Virus record (IMG/VR): IMGVR_UViG_2061766007_000970
Strand: one strand, 5' to 3'
From: an uncultured virus (IMG/VR IMGVR_UViG_2061766007_000970)
Lineage: Duplodnaviria; Heunggongvirae; Uroviricota; Caudoviricetes
DNA length: 64,000 nt
Shown: piece by piece, positions 52,521 through 61,735 of the stretch
How positions within the stretch are numbered: the stretch's first letter is position 1
Layout: each line of letters begins with the position of its first letter
Program-made: the position numbers and the translations under genes
The notes under the pieces: generated by a model
Told to the model about the DNA's origin: nothing
Database searches by the model: none
Seen by the model: the letters and a program-made list of their open reading frames with translations, nothing else

Positions 52521-52532
52521 TTTCCGGCTCCT

Positions 52533-53078
52533 CTATGCGACTTTTTCAATGAGCTCGTAGAAAGCGCGAAGTCCGCGAAGCTGTGCCTTGGCGTCTTCGA
52601 GCGCGGTGTGCTTGCCGGTGTTTTTCTCGGCATTCTTGATTTCCGGGAAAATGTTCTTGACTGTCCTGTAATCGTATTGTGTCCAAAATTTCCACGGGAA
52701 CTTGAACCCGAAACGCCTTGAAAATTCCTTGAGGATCGGGAAGTCGAAATCCAGCCCGCAGCACCAGACGCGGAAATCGTCGTACCTGTCAGTGCTGAAA
52801 TTTTCGTAGAACCAGAGCTTGAAATCACGGATTCCTTCGGCGGGGTCGTCTTTCCCGCCAAACGCCTCGGCGCGTGCGGTTTCGCTCTGGGTGGCCCACC
52901 AGTTGACGGTGTCCTCTTCGTCGATAAGTCCAGCTTCGCCCATCTTGGAATGGTCAAAGCGTCGGTAAAATTCGACGTATTCCCTGCGCATGTTGAACCC
53001 GGCCGCGCCAATGCTCAACACCTTGTATCCTGGATTCTGCCCTGTCGTTTCGATATCGATCATGAGTTCGTTTTTCAT
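52533..53078 (-). CDS. DEDDh 3'-5' exo(ribo)nuclease
   Basis: MIDIET...FDFPIL...HTALEDA; counterpart of 22122-22661. Confidence 0.85.
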   Translation of the reverse strand: MKNELMIDIETTGQNPGYKVLSIGAAGFNMRREYVEFYRRFDHSKMGEAGLIDEEDTVNWWATQSETARAEAFGGKDDPAEGIRDFKLWFYENFSTDRYDDFRVWCCGLDFDFPILKEFSRRFGFKFPWKFWTQYDYRTVKNIFPEIKNAEKNTGKHTALEDAKAQLRGLRAFYELIEKVA

Positions 53079-53808
53079 TCTTTTAGCTCCTTTGCGTGTT
53101 AATGATGCTTACGATTTCCCCGTTGCGGATGAGTTCGGCCGTAATCAGTGTGACCGCGTTGTTGAAGTCCGGGTGCGTGATGCTGAATGTTTCCGCCTTT
53201 GCGGCAATCCATTTCGGCGCGATTCCTTCGATCGTCACTTTCCCGATCTGGTCCCCGATCTTTTCGAGTTTCAATGTGTACGGTCTTCCTGAGTTTTTGG
53301 CCTTGATTACGGTCATGCTTGCCTCCATTCGGGCGGATATCTGAGTGGTTCTGTTCCAAAAAGTTTCTTGTTGCAGCAAGGGTCCGGGCACCTGTGGACG
53401 TCGTAGTTGAAAGCCAGGAGCCTGGTCATCTTGCGGCGGAACTCGGTGATTTCGCCGATGGTCGCGTCCGCGTCCCGGCGGCGGATCAGGCGGAAAAAGT
53501 CGTTCCTGCGGCCGAGGCGTTCGCACAGCTTCTCGAACGCCTTCCAAAAGTTACTGCGGCGCACGGCGCGTGCTGCCATGTCGGGCGTGATGCTGAATGA
53601 ATCCTTCCTGCGCTTGACCATTGTCTGCTCCCTAGCGGCTCGGCGTTTCCGCGACGTGGATGTCCTTGACCTGTTCGAACCTGAGCGATGCGTGGCCGTG
53701 GTCCCAGGAATACTGGATGGCGTCGGCGATGGTCATGATGCCCAGCGGTTCGAATTCGCCCTTGCTGTTTTTCATCTCGAAGTAGAAAAGCTTTCCCATT
53801 GTCGCCTC

Positions 53809-54216
53809 CTAGAACGGCAAATCGTCGTCTTCGGGAATGGTGCCCTGCTGCATGGCCGCTGCGGTATCTTCGGCGGCGGCGTCCTTGTCGCTGCGCTTCT
53901 TCTGCACGAGCTCGATTTTCTTGCAATTCAGCACCTTTTCGCGGTGCGCGATACCGTCGTTGTCAACCCACTCGTTGTTTTCCATGCGTCCAGATACGCA
54001 CACCTTGTCGCCCTGTCCCAGGTGAACCTTGCGGATGTAATTCGCGCTGCCCCAGATGACCACGTTGTGCCAGTCGGTGGTGCGGGAACCGTCTTCGTTC
54101 TTGTAATCGCGATCGACGGCGATGGAGAAACGGGTGCGCTCGTTGCCGTTGGGGAGTGTGGTGATTTCGGGGTTCTTGGCGAGACGGCCAATAAAAACGC
54201 ATATATTCGTTGACAT
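53809..54216 (-). CDS. ssb: Single-stranded DNA-binding protein
   Basis: IGRL..NPE, DWH.VV.WG, DDDLPF tail. Confidence 0.95.
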   Translation of the reverse strand: MSTNICVFIGRLAKNPEITTLPNGNERTRFSIAVDRDYKNEDGSRTTDWHNVVIWGSANYIRKVHLGQGDKVCVSGRMENNEWVDNDGIAHREKVLNCKKIELVQKKRSDKDAAAEDTAAAMQQGTIPEDDDLPF

Positions 54217-55175
54217 TTATCCTCCAATCAGGTGGGTAGTAAGTTCGTTGACGATGGCGGTCGCTTCGCTCACGACCGCGTTGTGGTCCATCGGCGGCAA
54301 AATCTTCTTGCCGGCGGCGACGAGCGGGCGGTACACGGCCGCAAGCTGCCTGAATGCCGGCAATGTGCGGAGGTCGCCGTCTTCCTTCTTCGGGAGCCAA
54401 TAATGCGACACGTCCTGCGTGCTGCGGTAGCCTATCGAGCGCTTCTTGCAGCAGTATTCCAGGTCGGCGATTGTCGCGGCGTGCGGGAACATGCCGATGT
54501 CCTCGTGGTAGTCGTGCGCGTCGTTGAACAGGTTGCGGAGCTGCGCCGTGCAACAGGGGAGGGCGTCGATGCACCTGACGGTGAAGACCATTTCCTCGCC
54601 GTCGATTTTCTGGGCACCGTACTTCACGCGGTCGATCTTCACCAGCGTCTCGATGACCTGGAGCCTAAGCGCCTTCGAAAGCCTGTTGACCTGTTCCTGG
54701 ATGTTTTCCATATTTTGCTATTCTTTCGTTAGAGGTTCAAGATGATTGACGACACGATTACAGACATTGACAGTCCTGTTTTCTGCGAGGCTAAATGGTT
54801 TGATCCTGACTTGGAGTTGTACGACCGACATGGCGGGACTTATGCGGTTTCGGATGTCTCGCTTCAGGACTGGCAAGAGCTCTATCGGGAGCGGGATCAT
54901 GATTGTTGCCTAAAGATTCTTCAGGAGCATCCAGGCTACCGGTATATTTCCCGTAGATAGTATCCCAGAATTCCATCGACATTCCGCTTGTGAACGGTTC
55001 CTTTGTCGTCGTTATGGTCTCGACGAACAAGTTGTCGCCAAGCTTGTGGAATGTGCCTACTGCGTCCATTCCTCTTTTCTTCATGCCGGGCAAAACCGAT
55101 TTGGCTATCAGCCACGAACCGATGCTCTTGAGGAGCCGAAACTTGACGTTTCGCAGTTTGGTGGAAAAGTGATTC

Positions 55176-56165
55176 TTACTCATTTGCGGCCTCGTTTGTG
55201 AACATGGACGTGCGGAGCCATTCGTTGCGGTCGTCGCTGTCCTTCTGCTTGAATGTGCGGCCATCGCCGTTGGCGGCGCGTTGCTGCGCGTTCTTCTTGT
55301 TGATTTCGGCTGTTTCCAGGCGGACCTTCCTTTCCTTGATCTTCTGGACTTCCTGCCATACCCAGTTGCCGTAACGGAGCACGGCCGCGTGGTTGCGGTA
55401 CTTTTTCTTGAGCTTCGGGTTGTTCTCGAGCGCGGAATCGAGTATTTCGATGGCGGTCGGGAGGTCGGGCCCGTACACCTCGCGGAGGTGGTGGCCGTCG
55501 GCGTCGGTGAGCAGCACGTTCTTGCAGGTGCCGTAGGCATTCTTTTCGGGCGGCGGCAACAGCGAAAGCTCGTTGCGCACGGGGGACTTGCCGGAATGGC
55601 TAGCCGGCTTTGAGTCACAACCTCTCAGGGAGTCGCCCCCCGTGCGCGTGTCTAGGGCCAAATTTTTGGCAGATCTCCCCGATCCCGTCGTGGCGGCATC
55701 GCTGCCGTCGCTCAAGTCCCGGGACCCCTCGCGGAAGTCCCCATCTGCCAAGGCCTTGTCGGCCTCTGAGGTGCGCACTGCGCTTTCAGCTACACTTGTG
55801 TCCGTTTTGGGCCCGGAGGTTTCGGACGCCTCCGTTGGCGTATTACAGGCCTTGCTTTCGCCTTCCTTGTCGGGTGTTGTAGCCTCGGCCGTTTCCTGGC
55901 CGTAAATTTCCGCGTTGCGGCGAAGGCGGTTCTGGTACGTGTTTGCGTCGTGATTTTGCTTTTCAAGCATTTTTGATTGCGAGCGATTGTAATATGAGCG
56001 GACGAACGGGTCGGTGTTCGGGTCGAGACAGCCGGAACAGCAGTCGATGACCATCTTGCGGCACCACGCGCCGAGCTGCGCGTCCGTCATGCCTTGAATG
56101 TGTGTCGCCATTGCCGTCATATCGAAGCTCACATATTGTGCGATGGTGTTACGCCTGCGTGCCAT
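55176..56165 (-). CDS. Putative replication initiator/replisome organiser
   Basis: MTDAQLG N-terminus, long linker, YG..KNVLLTD...Y.NH.A C-terminal domain. Confidence 0.6.
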   Translation of the reverse strand: MARRRNTIAQYVSFDMTAMATHIQGMTDAQLGAWCRKMVIDCCSGCLDPNTDPFVRSYYNRSQSKMLEKQNHDANTYQNRLRRNAEIYGQETAEATTPDKEGESKACNTPTEASETSGPKTDTSVAESAVRTSEADKALADGDFREGSRDLSDGSDAATTGSGRSAKNLALDTRTGGDSLRGCDSKPASHSGKSPVRNELSLLPPPEKNAYGTCKNVLLTDADGHHLREVYGPDLPTAIEILDSALENNPKLKKKYRNHAAVLRYGNWVWQEVQKIKERKVRLETAEINKKNAQQRAANGDGRTFKQKDSDDRNEWLRTSMFTNEAANE

Positions 56166-56325
56166 GTTGCGACTCCTTGAGTCTGGAGTGCATTTCCTTT
56201 ACTGCGTCGATGACGATTGATTTGTTGCTTAATGCTTCAAAGCGTGCGGCGCGAACAGCTCTGATTTCGTCAAACATCTGAGTCATTTCAGGCGGTAGTT
56301 TTACTTGAACGCATTCTGCTGGCAT
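56149..56325 (-). CDS. Small RHH-like regulator in the Cro position (58 aa, MPAECVQVKLP...)
   Basis: Hand-translated; GAGG RBS; divergent from CI. Confidence 0.55.
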   Translation of the reverse strand: MPAECVQVKLPPEMTQMFDEIRAVRAARFEALSNKSIVIDAVKEMHSRLKESQHGTQA

Positions 56326-56334
56326 ATTGTTTCC

Positions 56335-56423
56335 TCTAAGATTTTTAGACTGAAATCTAATTTTACTAGAAATCTAATCTAACTTTCTTAGATTGTCAAT
56401 ACTTTTTGTCTATTTTTTTTAGA
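56335..56423. promoter_or_regulatory. Four 15-bp palindromic operators TCTAA-N5-TTAGA (lysis/lysogeny switch)
   Basis: 56335-56349, 56356-56370, 56378-56392, 56409-56423, each within one mismatch of the consensus. Confidence 0.75.
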
Positions 56424-56463
56424 TTTTTTTTGGAATTGGTATGTTGTTTTCTATTTTTCGTGT

Positions 56464-56889
56464 ATGGAAAACGATTATTTGCACAAAATCAGCATCAAAA
56501 AGATATCCGAAGACACTGGATTGTCTGCTGAAGAAGTTGCAAAGTTGGCTGGTATAAAGACAGCGAAGAATCTCGGCAAATGGGCGCAAAGTAAGCCCGA
56601 TGGAGCGCGGCCGAACTATAATGCCTTTGTCCGTTTGTTTCAGGCTGGAGCTACAGTCGAAACGCTTTTCGGCGTCGACTACAAACCCAAGCAGACCGCG
56701 CCCGCCGTCCCGTCGCCGGATTTCATCGCGGCTCACCCGGACCTGCTCGAAGGTCTCCAGGAACAGCTCATGACCGACATCGTGGCCGACCTCAAGAAAA
56801 AGGGAATCTTCTCCGAGGACAATATCCGCGACATCGTCCGCCAGGAAATCGACCGCCTGCTCCCCGGCAAAACCGACCCCAAAATTTAA
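56464..56889 (+). CDS. CI-like HTH repressor (phage B)
   Basis: EEVAKLAGI....LGKW...RP.Y; syntenic with 25588-25956. Confidence 0.75.
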   Translation: MENDYLHKISIKKISEDTGLSAEEVAKLAGIKTAKNLGKWAQSKPDGARPNYNAFVRLFQAGATVETLFGVDYKPKQTAPAVPSPDFIAAHPDLLEGLQEQLMTDIVADLKKKGIFSEDNIRDIVRQEIDRLLPGKTDPKI

Positions 56890-56948
56890 GTTGTTACATT
56901 CGTATTGATTGCTTAACCGAATTAACCTAGTTTTAAAGGAGTGAAGTT

Positions 56949-57005
56949 ATGGGTAAAAAGAATGAATCTGGCCCAGCTACAAATACACCGCCAATTCCGA
57001 GGTAA
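56949..57005 (+). CDS. Pro-rich micropeptide (18 aa)
   Basis: AAGGAG RBS; MGKKNESGPATNTPPIPR*; stop 2 nt before the next ATG. Confidence 0.5.
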   Translation: MGKKNESGPATNTPPIPR

Positions 57006-57007
57006 TT

Positions 57008-57529
57008 ATGTCGAAAGAAGATTTGCAATGGGATATTGAATCGAAATTACGTGTATCCCTTGCTTATGCGGGATACAGGCATTCTTTCTTTACTGGATTG
57101 AACATAGCACTATGCATTGTTGCGCTTGCTTCGCTTTGGCTTTCTGGTGCCGTGTTTGCTGGTGAGTGGCCTCGTGTGTCTATGGCGCTTAACATAGTTT
57201 GCTCGGTGGCTCTCGTTGTCGATGTCGCTCTAAACATAAAGGGGCTTAACGGCTTCTGGTCTGCGATGTACGACGGTTACAACGAAATGCTTTCAGAACT
57301 GTTCAGAATACAGGAAAACGCTTCCGTTGAACAACTTTCCGAACTCAGGTCAAGGGTGCTTGCCTTCGATGGTCGTTGTAAATCAGTAAAGAATGCGCTC
57401 GGCCTTATCGCCTGGAATGACGCTTGCGTCCAGATGGGCAAGTCGGAACATGTCAAGCCTGTTCCATGGTATAAACGTTGGACGGCGAACCTTTTCTCGT
57501 GGGGTTCCGTCGCCGACAATTTCAAATAA
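57008..57529 (+). CDS. Two-TM SLATT-like membrane protein
   Basis: Two hydrophobic helices; N.A.V.MG...KP..W C-terminus shared with 26074-26619. Confidence 0.6.
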   Translation: MSKEDLQWDIESKLRVSLAYAGYRHSFFTGLNIALCIVALASLWLSGAVFAGEWPRVSMALNIVCSVALVVDVALNIKGLNGFWSAMYDGYNEMLSELFRIQENASVEQLSELRSRVLAFDGRCKSVKNALGLIAWNDACVQMGKSEHVKPVPWYKRWTANLFSWGSVADNFK

Positions 57530-57582
57530 ACGAAAAGCCCGGATTTCTCCGGGCCTTAATTTTTTTTTGTGTGTGGTGCGAG

Positions 57583-57999
57583 TTACACGAACTGGACTTC
57601 CAGGCGCTTGCCCATGCTCTCGGCGATGCGCTTTAGCATCTTGACGCTCAGGTTCGCCTTCGGGTCTTCAAGGCGCTGGTAGGCCTGCTTGGTCATGCCC
57701 ATTTCGCGGGCTACGGTTGCCTGTGGCACCTTGCCGCGAGCTGCGGCCACCTGGAGGGCAATAGCGAGTTCGGGGGCCACGTCGATGCGGTAGAGGCCCT
57801 TCTTCTCGTTTGCCTTTGTCTTGCATTCCGGCAGCGGGTCGCCGTCGAACACGTCTTCGAGGGTGAGTTCCATCGCTTCGTTCGCCATTGCGAGCGCTTC
57901 TTCAAGGGTGTCGCCCTGCGTAAAGCACCCGTCCAGATCGGGAAAGCTTACGGAGTAGCCACCATCCTTTTCCTTGGTGAGTTTTGCAGTGTAGTACAT
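57583..57999 (-). CDS. hicB: HicB antitoxin
   Basis: FPDLDGCFTQGDTLEEA + HTH. Confidence 0.95.
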   Translation of the reverse strand: MYYTAKLTKEKDGGYSVSFPDLDGCFTQGDTLEEALAMANEAMELTLEDVFDGDPLPECKTKANEKKGLYRIDVAPELAIALQVAAARGKVPQATVAREMGMTKQAYQRLEDPKANLSVKMLKRIAESMGKRLEVQFV

Positions 58000-58063
58000 C
58001 TTATACCTCGTCTTCTAATTGTTCGTCTTCGTCTTGTGTACTTTTCAAAGAGAGGGGAGGGGC

Positions 58064-58258
58064 CTATTTCAGCCCCGCCTGCTTCTTTATCGACTTTACC
58101 GTTCCAGGCTTCAAGGTTTCGTTCATTCCGTGCCCTGCCGGTATCGTGACTTTGTGTCCCTTGTCGTCAGCGTAGCGGAAGTGCGAACCTTTTGACCTGA
58201 TTTGCCGGAATCCGTTCGATTTAAGAAGTTTTATCATCTCTTTCACTTTGATTTCCAT
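58064..58258 (-). CDS. hicA: HicA toxin
   Basis: RSKGSH...VTIP...KQAGL. Confidence 0.95.
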   Translation of the reverse strand: MEIKVKEMIKLLKSNGFRQIRSKGSHFRYADDKGHKVTIPAGHGMNETLKPGTVKSIKKQAGLK

Positions 58259-58422
58259 GTCTATAATATACATTATATTTTGACTATTGTCAATATATAT
58301 TTTGACAATTTTTATAATTTATTTATTACAAAATAGTTGTATATTATTATTTCGCAACAATTGATGAAAAATGTATTTTACTAAAAAAATAAAATATTGT
58401 ATATTTGTTGTTGGAGATTGCT

Positions 58423-58677
58423 ATGACAACCAGGGAACTGCTTAGTCGATACTACAAATATTTCATGGATCATCTTGACGAGATTTTTGCCAAGTACAAG
58501 GGCAAGTTTATCGTCATCAAGGATGATGCTATTGTCGGTGCGTATTCTAGCGAGTCGGAGGCTTATTCCGAGTCTGTCAAGAAATTCGCTTTAGGCGAAT
58601 TCCTTATCCAGGAATGCAAGTCGGCCAACAAGGATAGCTATACGCAAACGTTCAGGTCGAGGGTTCGCTTTTGCTGA
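58423..58677 (+). CDS. DUF5678-like small protein
   Basis: YF....E...KY.GKFIVIK...IVG.Y....A pattern; coupled to the protease gene. Confidence 0.6.
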   Translation: MTTRELLSRYYKYFMDHLDEIFAKYKGKFIVIKDDAIVGAYSSESEAYSESVKKFALGEFLIQECKSANKDSYTQTFRSRVRFC

Positions 58678-59204
58678 ACGAGCTGAATTCTCGATCATTT
58701 ACAAAAACCTATGGAAGGCTAGTCCAGGAACTCGATACACCCGTTAGAGTTGCCGACCCGTCTAGTAGAAACTTTGTCGGTTTGCAGGCGGTCTGGGATA
58801 CTGGTGCCACTAATTCCGTAATTACAAGGTCGGCTGCTGAAAAATGCGGCTTGACTCCTGTTGGTGTCGAAAATGTTTCGGGTGTTACTGGGACTATGCA
58901 GGTCCCGGCTTATTTCGTGACAATAGAGCTCCCGAATAAAATCGAATTGGATCTTAGGGTCACTGAAGGCGACGATTGTATAGGTTGCGACGTGCTTATC
59001 GGGATGGATGTAATTTCGATGGGTGACTTTTGTGTTACGAACAGAAACCGTTTGACTGTTTTCAGCTTCAGGGTGCCGTCGATAGAGACGACGGACTATG
59101 TCCGCAGCTTCAACCAAAAGGTCGTCGGCAAGGCTGGAAGGAATGATAAATGCCCGTGCGGTTCTGGTAAGAAAGTCAAGGATTGCCACGGAAAAAATAT
59201 TTGA
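58671..59204 (+). CDS. Retropepsin-like (clan AA) aspartyl protease with C-terminal SEC-C motif
   Basis: WDTGAT, LIGMD; GRNDKCPCGSGKK.K.CHG. Confidence 0.85.
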   Translation: MLNELNSRSFTKTYGRLVQELDTPVRVADPSSRNFVGLQAVWDTGATNSVITRSAAEKCGLTPVGVENVSGVTGTMQVPAYFVTIELPNKIELDLRVTEGDDCIGCDVLIGMDVISMGDFCVTNRNRLTVFSFRVPSIETTDYVRSFNQKVVGKAGRNDKCPCGSGKKVKDCHGKNI

Positions 59205-61021
59205 CCTCTAGCCGCCTCCGGGCGGCTTTCTTTTTGCCCGTAAAAATATGTTGTTACATTTTCGTGCGCGGCTCCGCCAATGAACCTATATTCATGGCAT
59301 GGCAAAGAAAATTATCAAAACGGTCGAAGAACCTCAGGAAGGCAACGTCCTTTACGCCCTGGACAAGGAGCAGTTCCAGGCGATCATCAGCGAAACGCTC
59401 AAGGCCCAGGAGGCTTCCTTGAACGCCATGAAGCGTATTGCCGAGTCGATGGTTGCTTTTAAGTTCTAGAACCCGTCGAATCCTATTGTCGTGACGAATG
59501 TCGCAGATCCCCGCTGCGGCATCGTCTTTCTTTTTACGCTCTGCAGGTATTTCCCTGCGGCCATCAATATTTCATTTGCGGATAGCTTCCTATAGGCGAG
59601 AATCGTCAGTACGAAATCGCCTTGTTTGAACGTGTTCTTGACTTGCGGCATCCTGACGCTATCCATGACGACCTCCATGTGTTTTTGTCAATATAACATT
59701 TCCGCGCTTAAAAGAGAAAAAGAACCAAAAAGAGAAAAGTGGTAATTATCACTTCAATCTACATCTATAAATACATTCTAATTACTACTATAGATATATA
59801 GATAAGAGTCAACCCCCATTTTAAACCCTGTTTTTAAACCTAGTTTATAAACATGTTGAAATTTTTCTTTTCATTACAAAACACACGCGCTTCGCAAATT
59901 CGGCGGATTTCCGTGTGTGCGGAGCTGCATCATCGTCGGCGCACATCATGGCCGTCGTCGCGCATGGCGNNNNNNNNNNCCCTACATTTCCGCATGCGGA
60001 AATTTTTCTTTTCATTACAAAACACGCTCGCTTCGCAAATTCAGCGGATTTCCGTGTGTACGGAGCTGCATCATCGTCGGCGCACATCATGGCCGTCGTC
60101 GCGCATGGCGTGCCTCTGGATCGTCTTTCGTGGTTGCGGGCCATCAATGCTCTTGGTAGATTGATGGCTTCTACGCGCGTCCTGGGCCCGTTCCCGCGTC
60201 GTGTGCGTCAACGTATGCAGGCGGGCAAAAGAGGGCTCTGTGGGCCGCGCCGTGCGGCCGTGGCTATGCCTGCAAGGTGCCCGCGCCCGGGTGGACGAGT
60301 GGCCAAATTCGCGCAAATTTCGCGGTTAACAAGTTAACGCAGGGGCGGGCCCCNNNNNNNNNNGGCGTCAACGTATGCAGGCAGGCAAAAGAGGGCGCTG
60401 TGGGCCGCGCAGTGCGGCCGTGGCCGTGCCTGCAAGGTGCCCGCGCCCGGGTGGGCGAGTGGCCAAATTCGCGCAAATTTCGCGGTTAACAAGTTAACGC
60501 AGGGATGGNNNNNNNNNNAAAGTGCTACCACAAGGTGGTTTCGGCGCAGCAGTGGACGATCAAGAAGGACCGCAGCAAGGTCACTACTCCGACTCGCGGG
60601 CAAATGGCCGCCGGTTACGACAACATCGATGCCCAGGCTACGGCCCACATTCTCGGTAACGAGAATCCGCAGGCCCCGAAGCCCGTTTCGGCTCCTGTCC
60701 AGGGNNNNNNNNNNTCCCGGGTTGCCGGGTGATTTTTTCGTGTTACCAAAATTAACTCTTTAACGGCGTTTTCGGTTAATCTTGGTTTAGAGGTTAACAA
60801 TGGACTACCAACGCCACCAACATTCATACACGGACGAAGAACTTGAATCAGGGGCCCAGTTTGCCAAACAGATCGGTGTCTCTGGTGCGGCAGTATCGAA
60901 GGCGACCGCCAAGGGACGGCTCGACANNNNNNNNNNCCTTAGATTGGGGTCCGCTTTTTCTTGTGTCAAAAATTAACCGAATTAACCTTTTTTCGTCTAT
61001 TTATGGTTTAGAGGTTTACAC

Positions 61022-61735
61022 ATGGACTACCAACGCCACCAACATTCCTACCCGGACGATGAACTTGAATCGGGTGCGCAGTTTGCCAAACAGATCGGTG
61101 TCTCTGGTGCGGCAGTATCGAAGGCAACCGCCAAGGGACGGCTCGACACTTTCCGGAATTCGCGTGGCGAAAAGTGCTACCACAAGGTAGTTTCTGCGCA
61201 GCAGTGGACGCTCAAGAAGGATCGCAGTAAGGTCACCACGCCGACTCGCGGGCAAATGGCCGCCGGTTACGACAATTTGGACGCCCAGGCGACGGCTCAC
61301 ATTCTTGGTAACGAGAATCCGCAGGCCCCGAAGCCCGTTTCGGCTCCTGTCCAGGGAATTGATTTCGGATCCGTGATGCAGGAACGCCAGGAATTTGAAG
61401 TTTCGAGAGCGGAAAAAGAGTTCCATAACGCCAGAGTCGCCAAGTTTAAGGCCGACGAACTTGAAGGTCGCCTTGTCGACAAGCAGACGGTGTTCCTGAA
61501 GGCCTACCAGATTGGAGCCATGATCCAGGAAAAGGTCATGAACATGTACGTGCAGCTTGCTCCGAAGATTGTTGGCCATATCCAGGAGCAGTTAAGCATG
61601 TCCGGAATCGAGGCTGAAAAGCTGCGCGTGGCCATGAAGGACTCTAACCACGAAATCGGTGAAATCATCCGTAAGGAATCGATTACGGTGCTCAAGGACT
61701 TGAGCGACCGCACTCCGGAGAACTTTTTAGACTGA
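61022..61735 (+). CDS. terS: Terminase small subunit (other haplotype fragments at 60519-60926)
   Basis: N-terminal HTH, EL.GRLV motif; coupled to the large subunit. Confidence 0.75.
   Translation: MDYQRHQHSYPDDELESGAQFAKQIGVSGAAVSKATAKGRLDTFRNSRGEKCYHKVVSAQQWTLKKDRSKVTTPTRGQMAAGYDNLDAQATAHILGNENPQAPKPVSAPVQGIDFGSVMQERQEFEVSRAEKEFHNARVAKFKADELEGRLVDKQTVFLKAYQIGAMIQEKVMNMYVQLAPKIVGHIQEQLSMSGIEAEKLRVAMKDSNHEIGEIIRKESITVLKDLSDRTPENFLD

Noticed and set aside
59845..60648. ORFs and duplicated blocks upstream of terS
   Set aside because: No RBS or motifs; the duplicates flank N gaps
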